From contig OX597819.1 in the NCBI GenBank assembly GCA_951406725.2, positions 12,772,001 to 12,836,000 of the forward strand: a DNA stretch of 64,000 nucleotides, given 5' to 3'. A program made the position numbers and the translations under genes. The notes beneath the pieces are model-generated. The model worked only from the letters and a program-made list of their open reading frames with translations, was not told where the DNA came from and ran no database searches. The stretch is from Octopus vulgaris. Taxonomy: Eukaryota. This document shows, piece by piece, positions 1-12,624 of this stretch. The first letter of the stretch is position 1, and each line of letters opens with the position of its first letter.

Positions 1-58
1 ATTGATGTAATTATCAGGTAATTAAAAATTTTTTCCAATATTTTCATTTAAATTTTAG

Positions 59-218
59 TGCAGCAAAAGCACCATTTTTAGCTCGATTCTCTGTCAAAAA
101 ATGTGGAGTAAAAGAACTAGAAAATCTCGGCTTGGAAGAATCCTATGGTTCAGAAAATGATGGCATCCCTCAGCATTGGCAAGCTTGTATTTTTAAAGTT
201 GGTGATGATGTACGGCAG
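59..218 (+). CDS. PI4KA: Phosphatidylinositol 4-kinase alpha, internal coding exon (gene starts upstream of window)
   Basis: AG/GT bounded; reads (S)[53 protein letters not shown], matching the PI4KIIIalpha SAAKAP and FKVGDD.RQ motifs. Confidence 0.95.
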
Positions 219-1641
219 GTAAATAATAAATACACTTTTACCAAATGTCATAAACCCTTTCATTACATTGCTTTAAAATCTTTATAAATTCTGGTTTTTC
301 AGGTTCTTTTTTTTATAGTTTAACAGGGCTCTGTATCTCAGAAGTGTACAAAATGTAAAATATATATAATTCATGTAAGATAGCTCTTAAAACATTACAA
401 AAATATTTTCTATCAGAAGTATTAGTCACTGTTCGTAGAAGAGGTAGATGTGATGGTCCATAGGGTGCAGCAAAAAATGTCCCAGATTCACTATTCTTGG
501 CCAATGTTTCAACAGTGTATGTAATAAATGTGCAACAGTCCAAACCATGATGGTAGCCGAAAGAAAAGAAACAGTAAAAGATTGGTTTCACATTTTGGCA
601 CAAGGCCAGCAAGGTTGGAGTTGGGTGGGGCTAAGTCAATTACATTGACCTCGGTGCTGAGTTGGTACTTACTTTAGCAACCCCCAAAAGGATGAAAGGC
701 AAAGTTTTAACCTCAGTGGAATTTGAACTCAGAACATAAAGATGGATGAAATGTCCCTAAGCATTTTGCCTGCTGTGCTAACAATTCTGCCAAGTTCACC
801 ACCTTAAACAGTAAAATAGCTGCACGGACACCGTTATCACCTGCCTTATTTTACTAGAGCCACATTCGTAGCTGTGTAAAATATGGGGGGGGGGCTTCAC
901 TGCTGCACCTTGTACAGTCTTGACCATTAAGTTACCTTAGTCCAATGGTGAAGAGTCTAAAATGATTGGCAGTGGCTGACAACAGACCATCGTCCACTGA
1001 AGGTGTATAATCAATCTGTCACCCTCTCTTCCACTGGACTTTGAACTTCAGTGTAGCTTTTGGCATCGGAGACAAGACAGGTTGTTAACATTTGATGAAG
1101 ATTCTGTTGTGTGAGCCTCTGGAGGAAGTGGTGACTTAATGCCTGTTTTTCAAGTTGACTACGAAGACTTGGCTACACCATGCCAAATATTTAGGTGGGG
1201 GGTGGGGTGGCACCGGAAGGGGTCGTAGGGAGTAACACCCCTGCCTTCCTGAGCTAGTTTTCCACCACATTTCTTAAAAATCGTGGTAAAGGCCTTGTTT
1301 TTGGGACCACTCATGTCTAGAAACTGAGGTTGGGGGTAAGCGAGGGCATGCTCCCTGTAGAAAATCCAGATCCAAAAAAGCCTCATGATAGCAAAGGAGA
1401 ATGGGCACCAACCAGCCCAAAGTTTGGGGTGGGCTGCACCTTCCTACCTCAGTTGCTATGGCATTGAGGTAGATCTGGCCACCCCTGTTAACGGGGAACA
1501 AAGCCTGGATTTAAAACACTGGACGATGTAATTTTATCATGTTTCATATGTCTAATATCACAGATATGTCAGTTATATTCTAATGACAAAAAAAACCCTA
1601 ATTTCTAAAGAACTGAAGACCATCTTAATTCTATGTTTCAG

Positions 1642-1746
1642 GATATGTTGGCGTTACAAGTGATAACAATGTTCAAGAATATATTTGAATTGGCTGGTCT
1701 TGAGCTCTACTTGAAGCCATACAGAGTTGTTGCGACTAATCCTGGG
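1642..1746 (+). CDS. PI4KA: PI4KA coding exon
   Basis: tttcag|...|gtaagt; [35 protein letters not shown], phase-compatible with neighbouring exons. Confidence 0.95.
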
Positions 1747-2129
1747 GTAAGTTGGTTTATCCACAAACCTACCACTGCTTCTAATTGGTAAACTGTGAGA
1801 AAGGGAAATATTTGCTGGTGATTATACAATGATGTGAGAAATTGACTTCCCCATCATATGGTTTCAGGTTCAGTTCCACTGCATGGCACATTGGGCAAAT
1901 GTGGCTTTTTCTATAGCCCTGGGCTGACCAAAGCCTTGTTAGTGGATTTCGTAGATGGAAAATAAAAGCTCAACAAGTGAGAGAGAGAGAGTGTGTGTGT
2001 GTGTGTATGTGTGTGTGTATGTGTATGTGTGTGTTGTTACCATCATACACACTGTGTCCTTATTTCCAGTCTTCCATGAGAATATGTCTGGTCATGGAGG
2101 AATATTACATCGCTTGTCAAAAAAAGGTG

Positions 2130-2508
2130 ATTGGCTGTGTGGTAAGTAGCTTGCTAACCAACCACATGGTTCCAGGTTCAGTCCCACTGCGTGGCTTCTT
2201 GGGCAAGTGTCCTATGCTATAGCCCCAGGCCGACCAATGCCTTGTGAGTGGATTTGGTAGACGGAAACTGAAAGAAGCCTGTCGTATATATGTATGTATG
2301 TGTGTGTCTGTGTTTGTCCCCCTAGCATTGCTTGACAACCGATGCTGGTGTGTTTACGTCCCCGTCACTTAGCGGTTCGGCAAAAAGAGACCGATAGAAT
2401 AAGTACTGGGCTTACAAAAGAATAAGTCCCGGGGTCGATTTGCTCGACTAAAAGGCGGTGCTCCAGCATGGCTGCTGTCAAATAACTGAAACAAGTAAAG
2501 AGTAAAAG
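2130..2508 (+). mobile_element. tRNA-headed SINE, family A (most abundant SINE in the window), representative copy
   Basis: A-box TGGCTGTGTGG, B-box GGTTCAGTCCC, internal (TA/TG)n, tail ...TGACTGAAACAAGTAAAAGAG. Further copies at about 5783-6195, 12430-12590, 18183-18452, 18956-19350, 20995-21200(-), 22424-22573(-), 23795-24320, 26293-26600, 28131-28530, 36350-36810, 52713-53125(-), 59170-59478(-), 60996-61155(-), 61885-62037 and 63120-63327. Confidence 0.85.
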
Positions 2509-2925
2509 AGAGATTGGTGATGGCAACATCATCCAGCCATGGAAAAGCTACCCCAGCAAATTCCGTCCAACCCATGTCAGCATGGAAAAGTGAATGGTAA
2601 TACAATGACAAGGATATTATTTATGATGATATTTGTGAAGTCGATGACAATGATGATTGCAAATTCTTCTTGAGATTTCTTCCTACATACACGTGTACGT
2701 ACATATGTTCCTGTGATGATGCCATGTAAAAACCACTCTTGTCAGTGCTACCTAAAAGACACCTGGTACACCCTGTAGAACGGTTGGTGTTAGGAAGAGA
2801 ATCAAGCTGTAGAAACCATGTCAAAACAGAGAACTGGAGCCTGGGCAGTTCTGCAGCTTGCCAGCTCCTGCCAAACTGTCCAACCCATTCCAGCATGGAA
2901 AACGGATATTACATGATGATATGTA

Positions 2926-3491
2926 CGAGGGTGAGTCAAAAAGTAATGGCATTTTGTTTAGGACAGGTATAATTACCAACACAGGAACATGTATCATACA
3001 TGAAAATGAAGCTGGTCCTCTGTGGATCACATCCCTTCTTCTCAACATAGTCACCGTTTCTCTCAATAGCAATGTTCCACCTTCGAATGAGAGCATGTAT
3101 CCCTGCCCTGTAAAATTCTGTTGACTGTTCTTTGAGCCACTTCTTCACTACAATTTTCACTTCCTTGTCACTGGACTATCATCAGCACTGGACTATCATC
3201 TCTTTGGCCCCATGACAGAGGGTTTGAGAGGCAAACATTATTTCAGTGATGAACAAGTGAAAACTGTAGTGAAGAAGTAGCTCAAAGAATAGCCAACAGA
3301 ATTTTACAGGACAGGGATACATGCTCTCATCTGAAGGTGGAACATTGTTATTGAGAGAAACGGTGACTATGTTGAGAAATAGGGAAGTGATTCACAGAGG
3401 ACCAGCTTCATTTTGATGTATAATACATGTTCCTGTGTTGGTAATTATACCTGTCCTAAACAAAATGGCATTACTTTTTGACTCACCCTCA
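2926..3491. mobile_element. Mariner-derived foldback element (two inverted copies of a transposase 3' end)
   Basis: TA|CGAGGGTGAGTCAAAAAGTAATG ... CATTACTTTTTGACTCACCCTCA|TA with ~235-bp inverted arms; the arms encode a decayed mariner C-terminus (FYRAGIHALIRRWNIAIERNGDYVEK). Confidence 0.85.
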
Positions 3492-3653
3492 TATATGTAA
3501 GAAGAAATTTCAAGATTTTGCAATCACCATCATCATCAATATGATTGTGTAATTTCCAGTAAATATCATTTATATAGTTTATAATATAATCATTGTTAGA
3601 TTAATCCATGACATTGAAACTCTTCTTTTTCTTCTTCCTTTTTTATTCAACAG

Positions 3654-3779
3654 TGTGGTGTCATTGAGTGTGTTCCCAATGCCAAATCGAGAGACCAAAT
3701 TGGTCGACAGACTGACATAGATATGTATCAATATTTCATAAATAAATACGGTGATGAAGACACCACAGACTTCCAAGCT
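3654..3779 (+). CDS. PI4KA: PI4KA coding exon
   Basis: Pyrimidine tract plus cag|...|gtaagt; [42 protein letters not shown]. Confidence 0.95.
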
Positions 3780-4633
3780 GTAAGTATTCTCAGCATTTCT
3801 TCTTCTTTCTCTTTATCTCCTTCAGAACTACATAGTAGTATTAATAGCATTAGTAGCTTAACTCCAGGTCATCCCTTTTATCAAAGATATTCCAGGCTTT
3901 TTGGTATCACCGATCTGACTGTCCAATGTATCCTTTCTTCCATCAGCATATCATTTAAGGATTGTAAGGCTGCGGCTTCTAGCAAGTCAAGCAATTGCAT
4001 AGAAACACATTTGGGGGCTCATCTTTCAACAGTTTTTCTTGTGGCTTACAGTCAAATGGCTACGGGATTGTCCCTTATCTTGCAGTACTTTGCAGAGACA
4101 ATAAAGATATAAATAAAAAATCATTGGAAGATATAAGGAAATCTGTTTTGTTTAGTGCTGGAATTGGTCAGCAAATGTCATCTTGTTCCATGTGCCCCAT
4201 GGGCCTCACAGGATATATTCTCCAAGAACCTCACTGGAAATGTACCCCAAAAAGCAGTGTCTTGCATTAGATTGAGAGAGAGAGAGAGAGAGAATGAATA
4301 TGAAGATTGAGAAGGGTGGGTGGATAAATGATAAGAGTGTTAGAGAAGAGTGGCAGATGGTCAGAGATGGAGGTAGGGCTGAGGAAGAAGGCAAAAGAAA
4401 TAGTTTAGGAAAGACGAGGTGATAAGTGGCAGTACAGGAAGGATGGGGTAGGATGAAATACCTTGTGGTTTTTATTCCATCTTAGTTGCATAGTCCCACT
4501 CATTGTTAGGGATGCTATTGAGTGATTGGTCTGTTATAAACTTTTACCTAACAAAGGTATGATGTAAAATTAACGATGTATAAGGTGAAGTAACCTACAA
4601 GGTCTTCAAAATGTTGTTGTTTGTCTCTTTTAG

Positions 4634-4759
<126 letters not shown>

Positions 4760-4819
4760 TAAATCTATTTAAAATATCTTTGGTTTCATATGGGCATGTC
4801 CACTTGAAGTAGATTGTCT

Positions 4820-5049
4820 TTAACCCTTTTGATACCAACCCGGCCAAAACCGCCTCTGGCTCTGTTGTACAAATGTCTTGTTTTCTTAAGCATTGAATTA
4901 AAATCTTCCACCAAACCTTAGTCAAAAATTATGTTCCCAACACTAGCTGAATGATAACTAAGTTCTTTTATTAAATTCTTTGTTATATTTAAAATTAATT
5001 GAAAGAAACACAGAGCATCTCAACAGAAATACGGTAACGAAAGGGTTAA
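4820..5049. mobile_element. piggyBac-type MITE (~225 bp, TTAA target)
   Basis: TTAA-CCCTTT..TACC ... GGTAACGAAAGGG-TTAA. Other copies at about 11981-12205, 24711-24908, 24932-25157, 60254-60481 and 60501-60677. Confidence 0.8.
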
Positions 5050-5948
5050 TACTCCACTGAAGAGATACGAATGACTTTAGAAATGCATGAACATCACAAC
5101 TTCCCATATTTCTCTTCTATCTTATAAATTTGAAGCTTTGTTCTAAGAAACCGACAGTGTGGAAGAGTCATAAATGGTGCTAAGTCAGTGGTAAACCATT
5201 GGTGTACTTAGACCACATCTTGTTTCTAATGCCAAATTGAAATGGTTGATACTTCTTGGGAAATGTATGAAAGTCACAACATAACACTTTCCTTTCCTCA
5301 TAAGATTTAGATCTTGAACCTAGTAAAAATGATTTAATTTTCAAAATATTTAATACGAAATCGTAAGATACATTATGCCAACCCCCTTACCCCGACTGGT
5401 TCCTGTGCCAGTGGCATGTAAAAAGGATCCACTACACACTTGGAGTGGTTAGTGTTAGGAAGGGCATCCAGCTGTAGAAACATTGCCAGATCAGACTGGT
5501 GCCTGGTTTGGCCTCCTAGCTTTCCAGACTCCAGTCGAACCATCCAACCCATGCCAGCATGGAAAAGACATTAAATAATGATGATGATGAAGATGACAAC
5601 TATTATTGTTTTATTTGTTAGTGACATATTCCTTTATATGTTGATATCTTGCTGACTCTGGTCTTTCAGCTGTAGCCATCATGAGCTGTTTGTTAGGGAT
5701 CAGGGAACAGTGAAGAATGAAAAAGTGGGCAGACAAATTGCCACATTTAATGAAATTAATGATTGGTTTTAAACATTTTAAAGGCGCAGGAGTGGCTGTG
5801 TGGTAAGTAGCTTGTTTACGAACCACATGGTTCCGGGTTCAGTCCCACTGCGTGGCACCTTGGGTAAGTGTCTTCTACTATAGCCTCGGGCCGACCAAAG
5901 CCTTGTGAGTGGATTTGGTAGACAGAAACTGAAAGAAGCCCTGTCGTA

Positions 5949-5992
<44 letters not shown>

Positions 5993-6195
5993 CGTGTATG
6001 TTTGTATGTCTTGACAACCGATGCTGGTGTGTATATGTCCCCGTCACTTAGTGGTTCAGCAAAAGAGACCGATAGAATAAGTACTGTTCTTACAAAGAAT
6101 AAGTCCCGAGTTGCTCGATTAAAGGCGGTGCTCCAGCATGGCCGCAGTCAAATGACTGAAACAAGTAAAAGATAAAAGATAAAAAAAGATAAAGA

Positions 6196-6347
6196 ATTAT
6201 GTACATTATTTACATTTGACGGGTATTTGTCCTCATCTTGTTTGTTGATAACACAACGTTTCGGCTGATATACCCTCCAGCCTTCATCAGGTGTCTTGGG
6301 CCAATTTTGAACCTGGGTTCTCATTCCTAAGGTATTTTTCGATATTG

Positions 6348-6386
<39 letters not shown>

Positions 6387-6597
6387 TCACTGCCTGGAAT
6401 CGAACTCAGAATCACTATGCCCATGGGCATAGTGGTTAAGAGCGTGGGCTACTACCCCCAAGATTTTGAGTTCCATTCCAGACAGTGACCTGAATAATAA
6501 TAATAATAACATTGAAAAATACCTTAGGAATGAGAACCCAGATTCAAAATTTCCCCAAGACACCTGATGAAGGCAGGAGGATATATCAGCTGAAATG
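6196..6597. mobile_element. Head-to-head palindromic pair of tRNA-headed SINE-like units with hammerhead tails
   Basis: 22-bp perfect palindrome at 6413-6434 as centre. Each arm has Pol III box remnants (GGCATAGTGG; GAGTTCGATTCC), then (AAT)n, then GAAAAATACCTTAGGAATGAGAACCCAG, then GACACCTGATGAAGGC..CAGC(C/T)GAAA. A third decayed copy lies at 34623-34770(-). Confidence 0.75.
6250..6295 (-). ncRNA. Minimal type I hammerhead ribozyme (PLE-like)
   Basis: Minus strand reads GACAC-CUGAUGA-A-GGCUG(loop)CAGCC-GAAA-CG-UU-GUGUU: intact core, stems I and II pair, palindromic ACGU in place of stem III. Confidence 0.7.
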
Positions 6598-6812
6598 GGG
6601 GGAAAATTCCACTTATTTTTTTCCTCTTGTGGTGTTATGGGTCAATTAATGACCCATTGATCCAGGAACTAAAGATATGAATATCAGTAATGCAGTAGGG
6701 TATATTTAATCAACCATACACCTGCTCCTACAAAACTGTGGCCTAGACAATCCCAATTTCCCCACATCTGTCTTTATGCTGACAAAATGTTTCCTCATCA
6801 ATTTTATTTCAG

Positions 6813-6972
6813 ATTTTGGGTTTATGTTTGAGAGTTCACCAGGAGGAAATTTAGGCTGGGAACCAGACATTAAACTAACAGATGAAATGGTGATGATAAT
6901 GGGTGGTAAAATGGAAGCTCCACCATTCCAGTGGTTCTTAGAGCTCTGTGTTCAAGGTTTCTTGGCCATCAG
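6813..6972 (+). CDS. PI4KA: PI4KA coding exon (DFG/activation loop)
   Basis: tttcag|...|gtacgt; (D)[52 protein letters not shown](R). Confidence 0.96.
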
Positions 6973-7099
6973 GTACGTACATTCTTGTTTATCAAACAGC
7001 AACACTTTTGTATATACAAAGTGCTGTGAATAAACTGTTGTCTATATTACGCAGAAATGAATGTAACACTGACATCTCATTTTAACAGCTATTTTTACT

Positions 7100-7891
7100 T
7101 AAATTACATAAAAATATCTTGAAATAATAAAGAGTAAATTTATTCAATAAAATCGCCATTGGCTTCAACCATGGCCTCCAGACAATTTCAGAACCTCCTG
7201 CAACTCTTTGGAATGGTTTCCTTGTTTAAGTTGGTGAATTCTGCCATAATCCTTGCCTTCAGTTCTTCTTTGGTGTTATAAGGGACATTTGTTGGTCTCT
7301 CACTCAACTGCACCCCACACATAATAATCAAGGGGGTTGCAGTCTGGGGAGTTAGGTGGCCAGATGTTAGGGGATGATGTGGTTGCAGAAATTGTCTGAC
7401 AGCCATGACTGGGTTCTCCTGCTTGTATGACATGGTGCAGAGTTCTATTGCCAGACATAGGGTCTTCTAGCAGCCACCCTTTTGACCCAAGGCAACACTA
7501 CCTCCGCCAGGCATTTGATGTAGGCCTCTATGTTGAGGCTGCCGCTGTGTGGGAAGATGAATGGAGGCATAATGTCTCCATCACTACTCATCGCTGCAAA
7601 GACCTTTGTAATCACCATTAGACTTGTCCAACTCTTTCTGAATCCTCTGCACTGTTCCCAGATTCATAACCAAATACTCTGAAATGTATTGAAGCTTCCA
7701 GCAAGAATACCAAGCAGTACAGCATGTCGTTTCCAAATTTCTGGCAGAGTGAATTGCGTCATGGTGCTGTTTTTCTCACAAACGGTGCCCAACTGACCCT
7801 GCTATACTGTGTAGTCAATAAAATCAAAGACGAACGTGCATGCGCAAAATTAAAAATTATAAAATGGTGACAATATACCCATTGCACCCTG
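7100..7891 (-). mobile_element. Decayed Tc1/mariner-superfamily transposon (maT/DD37D-like)
   Basis: Frameshifted minus-strand remnants WPPNSPDCNPLDYYVWGAVE and NTKEELKARIMAEFTNLNKETI; ends at CACCCTG|TA. Confidence 0.65.
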
Positions 7892-7982
7892 TATATATAC
7901 TAGTACATTTTGCATATAATTCACTTTTTGTGTTCAGCAGCTGTTTCGTTTAGATAAACAGCATTAAATATAGAATTACATA

Positions 7983-8260
7983 ATTGGGCAGTGTGGAAGA
8001 TGCTTGTAAGTCATTCAAGAACACACAAAAACTGTTAAGTTTCACTTCAACATTTGTATCAAAATATTTTCTTTGCTTTGAAACTGCGACCTTTTTCACT
8101 GACAAAACTTTGTGCTGCATCATGAAGGTTTGTCAGTGGACAGGTCATGGTTTCAAAGCGACGAAAATATTTTGACACAAATGAAATTTAAATGTTGACG
8201 TGAAACTAACAGTTTTTGTGTGTTCTTGAATGACTTACAAACATCTTCCATGCTGCAATT
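7983..8260. repeat. Palindromic (foldback) repeat with ~125-bp arms
   Basis: GGAAGATGCTTGTAAGTCATTCAAGAACACACAAAAACTGTT...CACTGACAAAA pairs with TTTGTCAGTGG...AACAGTTTTTGTGTGTTCTTGAATGACTTACAAACATCTTCC. Confidence 0.8.
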
Positions 8261-8425
8261 GGTTTTGTTTTAGCACACGATCTCAGATCAAGTCACTTGC
8301 TATGCAAGTACATCTTCATAAATACATAATTGTGATACTGAATTAATTTAAAAAAACTGTGTTTACCTAAATCATATAGTATAATAATCTTAATATATCT
8401 GGATATTTTTGTTTACATTTAACAG

Positions 8426-8651
8426 ACCTTATCAAGAAGCTGTGGTATCTCTTGTATCACTGATGCTTGACACTGGACTACCATGTTTCCGTGGACAAAC
8501 TATCAAACTCCTGCGCAGCCGCTTTGCTCCCCAAGCCAATGAACGAGATGCAGCAAATTTCATACTGAAAATCATTCGTGACTGTTACCTAAATTGGCGA
8601 GGCAAAACCTACGACATGCTACAGTATTATCAAAATAAGATCCCTTACTGA
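8426..8651 (+). CDS. PI4KA: PI4KA terminal coding exon
   Basis: aacag|; [33 protein letters not shown]...[14 protein letters not shown] (TGA 8649-8651), the typical PI4KA C-terminus. Confidence 0.96.
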
Positions 8652-9789
8652 ACGACTCAGTGTGCATTTTCTTGCACATTCATATTCTCTGTACATCTTT
8701 ACACTGTATCTGTGCAGTGTTTCTGTTGTGGACTGGAGGAAAAGCTACAAGTTAGACACGTTGGCCTGTCTGTTGGTCCTGAAACATTACAACAACACAA
8801 CACTGATACCTTCATGTCATCGTGGTCTGTGATAGTTAAAGCTGTTCTCTTGATTGTTGTAGCAGCTTCTTTCAAACAATCAACTAGTGTGTAAGAGACA
8901 TATCACAAACTCACACATACGCACGTGCAAATGATCACACACACACACACATTACATATGAAACATGCATACATTTCCACCACTAGTTTTAAACATAAAA
9001 TAAATTCCCCTGATATACAGAAAAAAAAAAATATTGGAGACCTCCTCTTTTAAGAGTAGACGTAGTCAGCAGTTGATACATATATACATATATGTATGTA
9101 TGTATGTATGTATATAGTTTTTCAAGCTTTATTATTAGCTGGGCAGATGATAGCTGCTAAGTTGGTGAGAGAAAAGTTGCAGGTCTCCAACAATCGGGAA
9201 CTATTATTTTTTATTTTTTTAAGCTGAAATTGTTATTTGAATGAAAGTTGTTGCATTGAGTGACCAAATTTGATCTGTTAGAATTTGGTTACTGAATATA
9301 TTTCCTGGATTAAATCTTATCCACATGATAGGAAATCAACATTATTGTTTTGAAATATTTTCTAATATTTCTAAATATTTTCTCTGTTGGTGCGTGCATT
9401 GTTCTTGTTATGATGCCAGTTGTTATGATACTCTAATCAGAGATTGGTGGTGGCATCGTTGTACAACAGTTTCAAGGCCAGTATGTATATTCCTGTTGTA
9501 TATTTGTGAATAGCTACACTACATCATCATCATTCATTTCTTTTAGCGTCCACTTTTCCATGCTAGCATGGGTTGGACAGTTTATTGAGGCAGATTTTTC
9601 TGTGACCAGATGCCTTTCCTGTCACCAACCATCACCTGTTTCCAAGCAAGGTGATATATTTGACCAGATGAGTTCTCGCAGAATATTGGAAATGAATGAC
9701 ACTGCTTGTATGACAGTGACACTCATTTACAACAATACTGTGATATCAAGAGGAGACACACACACACATAGATATGCATGTAGTATGTA

Positions 9790-9835
<46 letters not shown>

Positions 9836-12583
9836 CTCATGCATGTATGTGTGTGTGTGTGTCTTTTCAGTGACTGGGAATGTCAGTCATCCTATTATGG
9901 GTCAATGTTTTTCTTATGGACAGAAGACTATAGTTGCAGGCCCTCACACATCTAAACAAATCCTTTGTCAAATAAAACAAATCATTTTACAATCATGTAA
10001 AAGTTGGAAGCAATTCTGACATTTTATCAGACACGGTGTGAATTGAGAGGAGTGATTTTGTTTGCTTCTTCAGATTCAGTCCCATGGGAGAAGAAAATAG
10101 AATGAGGCCTACTGTGACAATAACTTCAGTTGCTAGTCTCATTTTTCTAAAAAGAATGCAAATAAAAACTCTTTTTTTTCCCAGAACATCTTGACCATAT
10201 ACTCCCACAAAATTTATTTACAAACATTCCTGTTTAGCTGAATTCTTTTACTTTCAATTTTGTCTTTTTTCTTTTAATGAATCTGATTTTGACTGTTTTC
10301 TAGCGCAATCTTTCACTGTTTTAATGTTTGAGAAGAACTTTCTATCATTCACATTACCAATTACCTCTTTCGCTTTGGAGCAAATTCCAAATGGTTTCTT
10401 TTATATATTTGTTTATTGTTTAGATACAATTCTGTTTTTGTTTTTCACAATATTTCACTTGTTTTCAGAAATAACTCCATGACATTTTATTTTCTCCATT
10501 TTTGTCTCTCAGAAATACCTGTCTAGTCTCTTGATGGGACCATGATTTCCAGTTATACAGAGAAACAAGATTCAAAATTATTTAATTTGATTAATTTATT
10601 CGTCATCAATCAATATGTGGAGTAACTAAGTTTATTCCAAAGTTGGTATTCATCAGATACATTTCTAGAAAGTCTTTCACATTTTACTTCTCACTTGTTC
10701 TGGCAAGAAATCTTTTGGGTTAAATGTCTGTATATTACTTTCTCCTCAATAATAGTTACGTCTCTGAAAAAATGATTTTCAACAACTTTGTCTTACAGCT
10801 GTATAGAGTGAAGACAGGTTGTGTGTTATACTCGTATCAGTCTCAAGTAAAATTTTCATCAATATTCTACTTGTATATTCGTCTTCCAATTTTAACAATT
10901 TCGAAACATGTAATTTAACATGATTTTTTTTTTTTAAAGATAAATCCAATTTGTGTTGAATATTTGATCTGTCTCCTTAGAATTGTCACATATTTTTAGT
11001 GCTGTAACTTCATGGTCTTTATTTCAGATCTTTTCCTTCTCTTATTATAAAGACTAAATTTGAAATTAAATATTTATCTTACCTGTATGATTCCAAGGAA
11101 TTTAGACTTTAAGGCTAAAATCTGGTATGATTATTTTCCAGTCAGAAACTTGGTGAATGTTTTCATTTAAAACAAAAACAATCAAGTCTTATTACATTTT
11201 TTTTTTGTTAATATTTTCATGTTATTTGTGACTTTTCAAAAATGATTGCTTCACCTGTTAATTTAGTCCTGCAGGTGATACAGCTTTAATTCTCCAGTAG
11301 AATTTTAAAAATCATTTTATTATTTAGTAGTTGAAAATTTATTCTTATGACTGATCTTGGGGTTAGCAAAATGGTTGTCAAGTCCTTATAAACACAGTAC
11401 TTCTTGTAATCCATCTTTTTCCATCTTAGACATCATATAATGAACTCATTTCCTTTCATTTGTTGATTATATTTTTTAAGAAAAATCATTGACTAATGAT
11501 TAGTTTAGAATACCATTTTGTTAAATTTCCTGAATCAGATTCTATGAAACAATGTTGTTGAATCACTAGAAACAGAACTGTTTGGTCACAAAGTGTCAAG
11601 TGTAAAGGATGCTTAGTGTTTAAAGAGCAAAGTCTATTCAATATGATTTATTCATAAAACTGTTTTACTTTCTTCCTTTAAATTTTCTCCCATCTCATAG
11701 TCATTGACTTTATTTTTGACAAATTAAAAGAACTGAAAATAAAGTATGCATTTCTTTATGCAATGACATTTTAATTGCAAACATGACAGAATATATTTCT
11801 AAATAGATGTACATCAGGTGACAGAGATAAGCTATTTTATTTTGTGCTGATTTTAAATTGTGACAAAAGTCTGCTATTAATACTTGTCTTTTTCCGTCAT
11901 TCTTTGCACGCAGCAGTCTTTCTTCTGTATGAAATGATCCAACAATGATCTCACTTCACTTTATATTATTTTTTGCTTCTTTAACCCTTTCGTTACCAAC
12001 CCGGCTGAAACCACCTCTGGCTCTGTCGTACAAATGTCTTGTTTTCATAAGTTTTGCATTAAAATCTGCCCCCAAAGCTTAGCCACGATTTATGTTCCTA
12101 ACACTAGCTGAATCATAACTAAGTTATTTTACTAAATTCTTTGTTTTATTTAAAATTAATTGAAAGAAACACAGATCATCTCAAAATAAATACGGTAATG
12201 AAAGTAAGTAATATATTTTTAATACAGAATTAATTTTCAGTGTCTAACTGGACAAGTATCTTGGTATACATATCTTATGTTGGCTTTGTTTAACTAACAT
12301 ACCTGAACAGCAACAGGTCCTTGTTTACCATTTTTATACCATTTTAACTACTTGCCTCTAAAACTGTAATTATGTAAATTAGCTTATTAAAATTAACTCT
12401 CAAAGCTAACATAAATTAACATCTTTGACAAACATGGCTCTGTAGTTATGTTTGCTTCCTCCCAACCACGTAGTTTTGAGTTCAGTCCTGCTGGAGCACC
12501 TTGGGTAAGAGTATCTTCTTCTATAACTCTGAGCTGACCAATTCCTTGTGAGTGGATTTGGTTGAGAGAAACTGAAAGAAGCC

Positions 12584-12624
<41 letters not shown>

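Noticed and set aside
3723-4112. 129-aa ORF as an independent gene
   Set aside because: Its first 19 codons are the end of a PI4KA exon and the rest is intron read-through.
6421-6490. tRNA gene
   Set aside because: Only A/B boxes are present; there is no complete cloverleaf, and it runs straight into the SINE body.
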